Below are positions 1 to 9,559 of a DNA stretch of 21,751 nt, piece by piece (the stretch's first letter is position 1; each line of letters opens with the position of its first letter). Under the pieces are notes generated by a model. That model saw nothing but the letters and a program-made list of their open reading frames with translations, was not told where the DNA came from and did no database searches. Both the position numbers and the translations under genes were made by a program. Source of the DNA: Octopus sinensis (lineage: Eukaryota); the NCBI RefSeq assembly GCF_006345805.1, contig NW_021823562.1:1-21751 (forward strand), in the 5' to 3' direction.

Positions 1-405
1 ATATAAAACAAAGTTAGCAGAAGTCTGAGGGTGTTTGCCAAGATACATAAAGCTTGCGTGTTAGATCAAAGATAAGTTTATACAAATTATCATCTTGCGT
101 TTTAATGAAGATTTCATTTCATGATATCTCGGAGGTAATTTTAAGCAATTTTTCTAAAATATTTTATTTTATTTCATTTCTGGTTCTTTCTTTGTAACTT
201 TGAAAAAAAATAATTTTTTTTTTATAATTTCATTTATTCGTTTTATTCTATTTTATTTCTGTTTATTTTTTTATTTCTTTTATTTTTCTACTGTTTTTAC
301 TTTTGTGTGAAATAATCTTTCTGAAAATATACTTGCAGTTTGATAATGAGTGCATTAATTCTCTGAAAACTATTTTAAATCTAGAAAGAACGAACAGAGG
401 TGAGG

Positions 406-408
<3 letters not shown>

Positions 409-500
<92 letters not shown>

Positions 501-519
501 AAGACAGAGAGACAGAGAG
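409..519. repeat. (AG)n/(ACAG)n compound microsatellite
   Basis: Directly visible; accounts for the ORFs 263..568, 303..551 and 381..575. Confidence 0.97.
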
Positions 520-1269
520 TTTCCACCATGAACAAACCTCTGAGACTCTGATAAATAATATACTCCATCAGGCATCAGAAGTGCTGGATCGAACGCAATT
601 GCTTTTAGCCAATATATTCTGGTTTTATTTCTCTAATTAATCAGCAGATCTCTAGAGAATACCTGATTAAATTATTTCATCAATTCACAGTGGGAATTCG
701 ATTCAAAAACACTACTGGTGTTTGCATTATTTTATTTATATATTTATTCAATTATTATTATTATTACTATCATCATTATTATTATTATTCATATGTTTAT
801 TTTTAAAAATATAGTAACATATCAGATTTTAATTAGTTAATTAATCATCGGATTAATAAACTCGGTGAAACATCAATCGCAATAAGTCCTTGAAACGAAG
901 GGCTCTTAATTTCCTATTGAAAAAAAATGTGCAATAAACTCTGCTGTGTAGATTGTAACTAAATCATCGAACTGGTTGAGAGTTAGAGCAGTCCAAGTCA
1001 ATACTATGTTGAACAATTTGACATAGAACTAAGCAATCGATTTGGTGAGGCCTTTTGAAGTACAAGCTTCATTCACTATTTTAACAAGATTACTGAATAA
1101 TTAATACAAGGAATCTAATCTAATTCTTTAAGTTTATATTCAAGTTTCAAGGTAGCACATGGAATACAAAAAAAAAACTGTCTACGTAACAAAAAATATT
1201 AGATTAAAATGGCAATCTGAGTAGCATACTTAATGCATAAACATCCTGAAAGGACGAGTTAAGTGCGGA

Positions 1270-2134
1270 TGTACTGGTCAGAGAAAGTGAGAGGTAAGGG
1301 TGTGTTCATAAAATGTAGGATCTGTTCATGCAATTGTATGGTGGTTACAAAGACGGGAAACCCGAAGTGCATACTGGAAGGGAACAATCAAATCATCAAG
1401 CAGGTATCATCATTCAACTATCTTGGAACTTTGGTTACAGAAGACGCAAGATGTGTGAAAAGGGATCAAAAGATGAATGCTGCTGGCAAAATCTACATTC
1501 TTAAAATTGTATAACCGTACCAACATCACCAACGTACTCTGAGAATCAACACCAAGATCCATAACCTGAGCTACTATGTCTACCTTGTGTTAATGTATGG
1601 AAGTGAGGCATGGTCTATAACATCAGCAATGAGGTGCTTGGTGAGCGGTTAAATATTGTTCTTAAGGAGAATATTCTTTTCTACTCTAGGTACAAGGCCC
1701 GAAATTTTGGGGGAGGGCGCCAGTTGATTAGATCGACCCCTAGTTTGCAACTGGTACTTAATTTATCGACCCCGAGAGGATGAAAGGCAAAGTGGGTCTC
1801 GGTGGAATTTGAACGCAGAACCTAAAGACAGACGAAATACCGCTAAGCATTTCGCCCGGCGTGCTATCGTTTCTGCCAGCTCGCCGCCTTTGTTAAGGAG
1901 AATATTGAGGACAGGATGGACAGACAAAATGAAAAAGCAATTAACCAAACTGCAGTTAATGGGAAACGGCTTCCATGGATAAAGCCAAGCAAGTGAGATT
2001 TCCTGGTCATGTGATGAGAAAAAAGGACTTGGAGAATTTAGCAATGACCGGAAAGACTGAAGAGAAAAGTAGAGGAGAGAGTAAAACATCGGGTGAAATG
2101 GATGTCAAACTTGAAGAATTGTTTGGATGGAAGA
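1270..2134 (+). mobile_element. Decayed RTE-clade LINE fragment (end of RT and C-terminal region), interrupted by a SINE
   Basis: Translations across frameshifts give MVVTK...IKQVSSFNYLGTLVTED, LMYGSEAWSIT, FLRR|IL..WTDK and GHVMRKKDLENLAMTGK..RG. These match the RTE/BovB-type pattern F.YLG...YG.E.W...RR.L...W.D...GH..R...G...RGR. Stops and frameshifts are present. Confidence 0.88.
1676..1892 (-). mobile_element. tRNA-derived SINE (family A), full length, with 14 bp TSD
   Basis: Reverse complement starts AAGGCGGCGAGCTGGCAGAAACG, has a B-box-like GTTCAAATTCC and ends GTAGAAAAG. It is flanked by perfect TTAAGGAGAATATT at 1662-1675 and 1893-1906. It resembles the octopus OK/OR1/OR2 SINEs; the exact family name is not verified. 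Confidence 0.92.
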
Positions 2135-2136
2135 GC

Positions 2137-2285
2137 ATTCTGAGTTCAAATTCCGCTGAGGTCGACTTTGCCTTTCATCCATGTGGGGTCGATAAATTAA
2201 GTACCAGTTGCATACTGGAGTCGATCTAATCGACTAGCCACTTACCCGAAAATTTTGAGCCTTGTGCCTAGAATAGAAAAGAATA
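2137..2285 (+). mobile_element. 5'-truncated family A SINE
   Basis: TTCTGAGTTCAAATTCCGCTGAGGTCGACTTTGCCTTTCATCC...AGTACCAG...TAGAAAAGAATAT, homologous to 1676-1892. Confidence 0.9.
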
Positions 2286-2300
2286 TCTCGTCTTTTATAT

Positions 2301-2700
2301 AAGGCAGCGAGCTGGCAGAAACGTTAGCAGGCCGGGCGAAGTGCTTACCGGTATTTCGTCTGTCTTTACGTTCTGAGTTCAAATTCCGCCGAGGTCGACT
2401 TTGCCTTTCATCCTTTCGGGTCGATTAAATAAGTACCAGTTACGCACTGGGGTCTATAATATCGACTTATCTGTTTGCTGTCCTTGTTGTTTGTCCTCTC
2501 TGTGTTTAGTAGCCCCTTGTGGTAGTAAAGAAATAGGTATTTCGTCTGTCTTTACGTTCTGAGTTCAAATTCAGCCGAGGTCGACTTTGCCTTTCATCCT
2601 TTGGCGGTCGATATATTGAGTACCAGTTGCGTACTGAAGTCGATCTAATTGACTGGCCCTCTCCCCAAAAATTTCGGGCCTTGTGCCTAGAGTAGAAAAG
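2301..2700 (+). mobile_element. Dimeric family A SINE (head+body, linker, second body+tail)
   Basis: The body GGTATTTCGTCTGTCTTTACGTTCTGAGTTCAAATTC...GTCGACTTTGCCTTTCATCC occurs at ~2349 and ~2536. The unit is flanked by GAATATCTCGTCTTTTAT (2281-2298) and GAATATCTGGTCTTCTAT (2700-2717), 16/18 identical. Confidence 0.88.
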
Positions 2701-3099
2701 AATATCTGGTCTTCTATCTCATGGATTTCAACTGTTGAAGGATATTGGAGCTCAACACATCAACCTACCAAATTATACTGTACTTGAAAGGCTTCTAAAC
2801 TGCATACACCAATCAACTACTACTCCGTTCTCACACTCTTCCCCTCGTTTGCTCTATCTGCGTTCTACTTCTGCCTTCCTCACTCACCCTCTCTCTCTTT
2901 TTCTCTCCCTCTCTCTCCCTCTCTTTCTTCATATCTCTGCTTCTCTCTTTTCTTCTAATATGATTTTCAGTTTGGAATGAGACGACGACGAAGACTTATC
3001 GTGTCGCATCTGGAAAAAACCAACTGACCCAAGATGACCAGATAATCTTGCAATGATGGCGAGAAAGCGATGAGGTAGCGCAGATACAATGCTGGAATA

Positions 3100-3161
3100 G
3101 TATTACTTACTATTTATTACTTATTATTTTTTATTTACTATTATTATTATTTTAAACTTAA

Positions 3162-3198
<37 letters not shown>

Positions 3199-3204
3199 TT
3201 AAAC

Positions 3205-3287
<83 letters not shown>
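3100..3287. repeat. (ATT)n array with TTTTAAACTT interruptions
   Basis: Directly visible. Confidence 0.97.
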
Positions 3288-3290
<3 letters not shown>

Positions 3291-4139
3291 TAGTTTTATT
3301 TTTATAGCGTGCTTTCACTTCACTACCGAGCGCAGCTCTGTGTGCCTTGGGTATATGCTGTGATTTGTTGTGATGCTCTGATGGTTATTGTATGGAAAGT
3401 GTTCTGCGTAGGATGTGTGCAGTGCCTAGTAGTGCAATTTTCTGTATGTTATATGTGTTTGTAAGTCCTGGTGTTTTTGTTATGTATTTGTCTGAATATC
3501 TTTTTATTATGCCTAATGCACCTACTATGATGGGAATTGTTTCTGTTTTTAGATTCCACCTTCTGGTTACCTCTATTTCCAGGTCTTTGTATTTTGAAAG
3601 TTTCTCCATTTCTTTTAGAGACACGTTGTCATCAGCCGGTATTGATACATCAATTAGAAAGCATTTTTTTTCTTCATGATCTCTGACAACTATATCTGGC
3701 CTGTTGGCCTTAATTTCTCTATCTGTGTGTATCGGCATATCCCAGAGTATGGTTGCTTTCTCGTTTTCTGTGACATTTTTTGCTATGTGCCTATACCATA
3801 TTTTTTCTGTTGTTATTCCATAATGTTGGCATAGCTTCCAGTGTATGTAGGTTCCAACTCTGTCATGTCTGTGAATATATTCCTTCTTAGCCAGGACTGG
3901 GCAGCTAGAGATAATATGATTTATTGTTTCTTGTCCATCTCCACATATTCTGCAATTACTTGTTATATTTCTTTTCATTACATGTTTTTGGTAATTTCTG
4001 GTGGGGAGGCTTTGGTCTTGTGCTGCAATTAAAAATCCTTCAGTCTCTGCTTTGAGTCCTGAGCTTCTCAGCCATTGCTGGGATTTTTCTTTGTCTATTT
4101 CTTTCGCGTTTAGTTTAGTCCAGTATTTACCATGAAGGG

Positions 4140-4144
<5 letters not shown>
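3288..4144 (-). mobile_element. 5'-truncated R4/Dong-type non-LTR retrotransposon (CCHC finger, restriction-like endonuclease, 3' UTR)
   Basis: About 250 aa without a stop (4140 to 3385): LHGKY, ETEGFLIAAQDQSL, CRICGDGQETINHIISSC (CCHC), RHD, NRPDIVV..D, IDVSIP, EKLSKYKDL, PIIVGALG. These are RLE-clade hallmarks. A ~97 nt 3' UTR follows, and (TAA)n lies on both sides. Confidence 0.92.
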
Positions 4145-4177
<33 letters not shown>

Positions 4178-4183
4178 TTAAAC

Positions 4184-4651
4184 ATTAGGCGAAGGAGAGG
4201 CTGTGTGGTAAATAGCTTGCTTACCAACCACATGGTTCCGGTTCAGTCCCACTGCGTGGCACCTTGGCAAGTGTCCTACTATAGCCTCGGGTCGACCAAA
4301 GCCTTGTGAGTGGATTTTTAGGTAGACGGAAACTGAAAGAAGCCGTCGTATATATGTATGTATATATATATATTTATACATATATATATTATATATGTAT
4401 GTGTGTGTGTGTGGTTGTGTGTGCGTGTATGCTCTGTGCCTGTGTTTGTCCCCCCTTGTATTGCTTGACAACCGATGCTGGTGTGTTTATGTCCCCGTCA
4501 CTTAGTGGTTCGGCAAAAGAGACCGATAGAATAAGTACTGAGCTTACAAAGAATAAGTCCCGGGGTCGAGTTGCTCGACTAAAGGCGGTGCTCCAGCATG
4601 GCCGCAGTCAAATGACTGAAACAAGTAAAAGAGTAAAAGAGAGTAAAAGAG
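4184..4651 (+). mobile_element. tRNA-derived SINE (family B) with internal (TA)n/(TG)n and 16 bp TSD
   Basis: Head GGCTGTGTGGTAAATAGCTTGC...GGTTCAGTCCCACTGCGTGGCACCTTGG, GGTAGACGGAAACTGAAAGAAGCC, internal microsatellite, 3' GGCGGTGCTCCAGCATGGCCGCAGTC and (GTAAAAGA)n tail. TATTATTATTTTAAAC occurs at 4168-4183 and 4652-4667. Confidence 0.92.
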
Positions 4652-4798
4652 TATTATTATTTTAAACTTTGTTACAAATTAATCAAAGACAGAAAGAGAA
4701 GGGAGAGAGAGAGAGAGAGAGAGGAATAGATAAAGAGACAGAGATATAGAGCAAAAGATGAAGAGAGAAGTACTGTTGACGTTACTTTTTATTTTCAG

Positions 4799-4982
4799 GA
4801 CCTTTGTGATCGGCAGGAGAAATTTTTCTTCAGACCAGGTAGATGGCTCGAATGCTAGCGACAGAGCAGACTCTGCTAGAAGAAACGGGAGACCAAATGA
4901 CGATATTAGAATTGGTGTCGGAGTAAATCTACCACGTCGGATTAAGATTACCACCCAAGATCAGTCTAACACCCAAGCTTAG
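4799..4982 (+). CDS. Possible terminal coding exon (TFVIGRRNFSSDQVDG...TTQDQSNTQA*), unrecognised product
   Basis: A strong acceptor-like TTACTTTTTATTTTCAG ends at 4798, and one frame stays open to TAG at 4980-4982. No homology is recognised and no upstream partner exon was found. Confidence 0.2.
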
Positions 4983-5016
4983 ATTAATCTTAGTTTAATA
5001 ACCAAAGTGAGTTTAC

Positions 5017-5999
5017 CATACAAGTGAAGTGATGTTTGTGATAGCGGTTGTAGGAACGGTGGTGATAGTCGTGCTGCAAGAAAAGATGGTACGTTGGTAT
5101 TAATGACGATGGTTGTGGCGGTGGTGGTGGTGGAGGTGGTGGTGGTTGTGGTGGCGGTTATATTGGGACCGGTGTTTGTAATGTCAGTGGTGTTGTAGGT
5201 GGTTGTGATAGCGTAGGTAGTAGTGGTGGTAGTGTAAAATGGTGATGGTGGTGGTGGTGTTGTGAATGACGGTAGTGTGGTGAAGAGTGGTGGTTTAAGT
5301 GATGATGGGGGTGTAGCTGATGGTGTTAGTTCGGTGACGATTATATTGGAAGCGGCGTTAGTGACACTATTATTGGTGGTGGTGGTGGTGGTGGTGGCGT
5401 TTATAGTGAAAGTGGTCGTGGTGGTTGTGGTGGTGATGTATATAATGGTTGTGGCAGTGGTAGTTGTATAGGCAGTGGTGTTGGTGATTATGTTGGAAGC
5501 AGCAGTGGTACTGTTGTTGTTGGTGGTGGTGGTGGTGGCTAGCGTAGTTGTGGCGGCGGCAGCAGTGGTGTTAATACTGCTGACAGCATGGCTGAGGTGA
5601 TGGTTATAGTAAATGTTATGATGGTAGTGTGTTGATGGTGGTGATGGTGATGGAGATCCTGGTGTCGGTGTTAGCGTTGTTCGCGTTGTTGTTGACAGTC
5701 GTAGCCATGATGGTGGCAGTGGCGGTGATGGGTTTATCTTAACAGCTCTAATAGCGATGGTGGCGACGAACCAATCTCTGACGCAATTGCTGGCTTTGGT
5801 AAGCAACATTGATAAAAGTCGAGTAAAACCCGAGAAAGCGACGTAGGAGGAAAACGCCATTAGGAGCGTGAAATATGCTGAATAAAAAGCGAAAAAGATG
5901 GCTGATAACTGAATGAAAGCTTGATTTAAGGAATATTTTCTGTTTCTTGCTGTGTATATTCCTGCAGACGATAGCAATGCGGAAGTGTTCAACTTCCTA
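5017..5999 (-). CDS. Candidate Thr/Asn/Pro-rich low-complexity coding exon (mucin-like stalk or low-complexity region)
   Basis: One frame is open from ~6024 to 4979 although about 20 stop triplets fall in the other two frames between 5760 and 5010. There is a polypyrimidine/NAGNAG acceptor (TTTTGGTTTTCTTCTCATTAG|TAG|) at 6000/5997 and a TATG|GTAAAC donor at 5016. It could still be a degenerate (ACC)n repeat. Confidence 0.33.
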
Positions 6000-6593
6000 C
6001 TAATGAGAAGAAAACCAAAAATTCAATGATTTGAGAATAGTTTGTTTCGTGATCGGCTTTACGCCATTACAGCTGTCGGTGTTGCTCTTTCGCTTAGTGC
6101 ATAAAACTAATAACGTTATCCCTGTAGTTCTCGCTGCTACTACTGCTGCTGCTGCTGCTGTTGTAGTAGTAGTTGTTGTTGTTGTTGTTGCTAATGTTGC
6201 TAATGATGAAGATGTCGCTGCTGATTTGTGTACGGCTGCTTAAGATTTCTAATTCTGGCGATATTTGTTTTCTTTTTCCGTTTTGGTTTTTTTTCATTTT
6301 TCTTGCTTTTTTTTTTTTGTTTGTTGAATTGTTTGTTTTTTTTTGTTGTCTTTTTTTTTGTTTCATGTTTTTATTGGTAAATTTGCTGCTTATTTCTCGG
6401 AGCGTTTCCCAGATTTTCCAATCCTTGGCATCGCCGAATTCTTTGCTTGTTCTTCCAGCAACACAACTATTTAAAATCCTTAATCGACAAGCGCTTATCA
6501 AAGCTTCAAAGGCGCCGCCGATTAGATGGAATCAACTAAGCTGGAGATTATCCCGGAAAGAAGTTAAACCACTCAGTGTTCAGCTAGAAATAG

Positions 6594-6622
6594 GTGTGTG
6601 TGTATGTGCGTGTATGTGTGCG

Positions 6623-6689
<67 letters not shown>

Positions 6690-6900
6690 CTGTGTGTATG
6701 TGTGTATATGATTAGGGAGTAGAGAGAAAATAGGGCGTCAAAATGAGGGAGAAAGGGTAAGATGACTTATATTCCTTAAGAAGATTATGAAGAAGGGAAA
6801 ATGAGGATGAGAGAGAGAGAGAGAAAGAGAGACAAAAAGAGAAAGAGAGGGAAAGAGGGGGAGAGAAACGTAGAGATAGAGAGAGAGAGAGAGGTGGGAA
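6594..6900. repeat. (TG)n/(AG)n purine-rich tract
   Basis: Directly visible. Confidence 0.93.
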
Positions 6901-6960
6901 ACCAAACAAAGCATTTAATTCTTAGAGAAGAGAAGAGTGGATAGAAAATAATTAAAATTG

Positions 6961-6988
6961 TGACGTAAAATATGAAATGTCACGTGAC
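6961..6988. promoter_or_regulatory. CRE-like TGACGTAA (6961-6968) plus palindromic GTCACGTGAC E-box/CLEAR motif (6979-6988)
   Basis: Exact motif matches in a short non-repetitive island between microsatellites. Function is unproven. Confidence 0.45.
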
Positions 6989-7069
6989 TGCAGCAAATGA
7001 TTAGTTAACGACAAAAGCAATTTTGTGATTACTTATTCTCTTTCTCCTCCTTCTGCCTCTCCTGCTGGA

Positions 7070-7223
7070 TTATCATTACCATCATCACATCATCATCATC
7101 ATCATCATCAACATCAACATCGTCGTCGTTGTCGTCGTCATCATCATCATCATCATCATCACCACCACCATCATCATCACCACCACCATCATCATCACCA
7201 CCATCATCATCACCACCACCACC

Positions 7224-7257
<34 letters not shown>

Positions 7258-7845
7258 TCATCATTATCGTCGTCATCAATATCAACGTCATCATCATCAC
7301 CATCATCATCATGATCGTCATCACCATCATCATCATCATCATCATCATCATTATCGTCGTCATCAATATCAACGTCATCATCATCACCATATCATCATGA
7401 TCGTCATCACCATCGTTGTCATCGTCATCATCATCATTGTTGTCGTTGCCGTTGCCCTCATTGTCGTCGTCAACGTCATCGTCATTATCCTCATCATCCT
7501 CAACATCATCATCATCGTCATCACATCGTAATCATCATCATCATTATCATCATCGTCGTCGTCGTCATCATTATCATCATCATCACCTTCATCATCATAA
7601 TCGCCATCATCATCGACGTCGTCATCATCATCGACGTCGTCATCGTCCTCATTCTCGTTGTCATCGTTGACACTACCATCATCATCATCACATCATCACC
7701 AGCATCATCATCATTATCGTCGTCGTCACCGTCTTCCCTCATTGTAATCGTCGTCTTCATCGTCATCATCATCATGATCGTCATCATTGTCGACATCGTT
7801 GTCATCGTCGTCATCATCATCATTATCGTCATCGTCATCATCAGT
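7070..7845. repeat. (CAT)/(CAC)/(CGT) degenerate triplet array with a 42 bp internal duplication
   Basis: Directly visible; CATTATCGTCGTCATCAATATCAACGTCATCATCATCACCAT occurs at 7262-7303 and 7349-7390. Confidence 0.96.
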
Positions 7846-7964
7846 CTCTTTCTCGCCCTCCTTCTCCTCTTCCTCTTCCTTATCTCTTTTCATCTTTATC
7901 TTACTCTTCTTTCTTCCTCTACTTCTGTTGTTGCTCTTTGTCTACTTTTTCTTCATGATATTTA

Positions 7965-8009
7965 AGGTCAACTCATGTCTTGTATGTGAATTCGGGCAGA
8001 CGGAAACTG
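7965..8009 (+). mobile_element. Family B SINE fragment
   Basis: TGTGAATTCGGGCAGACGGAAACTG resembles GTGAGTGGATTT..GGTAGACGGAAACTG in the 4184 copy. Confidence 0.5.
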
Positions 8010-8809
8010 TTGTCCGGAAGCTTATCTCATGAACTGTACCAGTAATTCCACCGTCCGGTCTAGTCACGCAAATGGCGCTGGATCTTACTGAGAATTACCC
8101 GGGATATACAACCATTCCGTACACTTCTTCAATGAACACGTTATTCAGTTTTTCGAAACACAAACCACTCGTACCCCGAAAACAATGTGAAAACCCATCA
8201 TTAGTCATCACTCCTGAGAGACTGGACATGAGTGATGCCCAAACGTACATCACTCACGCGTGATTGATTGTCCAAAAGACATTCAGAGCGAGTAAGAACT
8301 ACATCGGAATGTCATAAGTCCTTCAACCTCTATAGACGTACTCCGTGTATATATGTATGTATGTATACCTGTGTATAATGTGTGTGTGTGTGTGTGTGTG
8401 TGTGTATGCTATAAACACACCATTTTGTTGTTGACATTTGGCAGGAAACACGTTTTAATTATTCATACGCTGTATGATAGCTTCTCTAATTGTCGTCGGA
8501 AATTTGTTGTCAAAACCAGCCAGGAGACTGAACCAGATATGTTAATTTAATTGCAAATTCAGCTGCATTAAAGCTGAAAAGACACAAATATAAGTCATCA
8601 TATTTTTTTTTATCCGTTGCTTCCGATAGCTTTCTTTTGAACAACATTATTCTTCTTATATTCTGTGTTCTTTCTTTAAGTATAATTCTAAATAGAGATA
8701 TTTATGTAAATAAGTTTTATGTTTACATTGATCTCAAAGGAAAATCAAGCATAAGAAATATTGTAATGCTAGCAAACATAACAATTTAAAATTGTACGAT
8801 GTAGTTTTT

Positions 8810-8826
8810 TTTATATATATTATATA

Positions 8827-8871
<45 letters not shown>

Positions 8872-8882
8872 ATATATATTAT
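8810..8882. repeat. (TA)n microsatellite
   Basis: Directly visible. Confidence 0.96.
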
Positions 8883-9042
8883 GTCTTCTTTATAATTCCA
8901 GACTATTATATTTTTAGAATTTATTAAGGTGAAATGTGTCCAATATTAGTGAGTGTGTGTGTGTGTGTATGTGGTTCTTGTGTATTTGTATGTATGTGTG
9001 TATGGGGGTGGTTTGTGCATTTGTGCGTGCGTGTTTATTGAT

Positions 9043-9240
9043 GTGGTGAGCTGGTTGGGTAGTTATGACGCCGAGTAAATGCTTAGCAGCATTTTATTCC
9101 CCTTTGCGTCCTGAGTTCAATATTCGCTGAGGTCGACATTCACACTTTCGGGGTCGATAGTACCAGTTGAAAACTGGTGTCAATCTAGTCGGCATAACTT
9201 CTCTCCTGAAATTGCTGACGTCTGTCAAAATTCTAAAGGA
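9043..9240 (+). mobile_element. Diverged family A SINE
   Basis: GAGCTGG...AAATGCTTAGC...CTGAGTTCAATATTCGCTGAGGTCGAC...GGGGTCGATAGTACCAGTTG. Confidence 0.8.
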
Positions 9241-9262
9241 AAATGTGTATTAAGAAGAGTAC

Positions 9263-9470
9263 CTGGTACAGAATCGTTTGTTCGCCGGGCAAAATAATTA
9301 GAGGCATTTCATGTCTTTAGGAATTGAATTCAAAATCCACCGAGTCGATTTTGCCTTTCATCTTTTCACGGTCGATAAAATAAGTACCAGTTGAATACTG
9401 AGGTCGATGTAACCGACTTACTTCCTTCCCCAGATTTGCTGGCCTCGTGCCAAAATTTGATACCAATATA
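9263..9470 (+). mobile_element. Diverged family A SINE
   Basis: CAGAATCGTT..CGCCGGGCAAAAT...GTCGATTTTGCCTTTCATC...GGTCGATAAAATAAGTACCAGTTG...GGCCTCGTGCCAAAATTTG. Confidence 0.85.
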
Positions 9471-9524
9471 ATTTTATGACTGGGTATGTGTGTGAAAGAC
9501 TGAGAGAGAGAGAGAGAGAGAGAG

Positions 9525-9559
<35 letters not shown>

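Noticed and set aside
50-140. Plus-strand exon ending at the GGAG|GTAATT donor near 133
   Set aside because: There is no convincing acceptor, and the short open frame has no recognisable product.
515-600. Minus-strand YIIYQSLRGL resembling MAP kinase subdomain VIa (FLIYQILRGL)
   Set aside because: There is an in-frame TGA just upstream, the frame runs into microsatellite downstream, and no other kinase motifs are present.
2971-3074. Plus-strand exon between TTTTCAG (2970) and GAG|GTAGCG
   Set aside because: Stops occur in all three frames and no homology is recognised.
4141-4233. N-terminal MWLVSK...IIIII part of the 282 aa ORF
   Set aside because: It is read-through from the antisense SINE head and (TAA)n; the retrotransposon sequence begins at about TLHGKY.
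7025-7531. Poly-His ORF as a cephalopod histidine-rich beak protein
   Set aside because: It starts at GTG, has no signal peptide and lacks Gly/Ala-rich repeats. It is pure triplet repeat.
8009-8335. Possible mariner-like MITE
   Set aside because: The end-to-end inverted similarity is only patchy, the left end is fused to a SINE fragment, and there is no transposase similarity. It is left as unclassified sequence.
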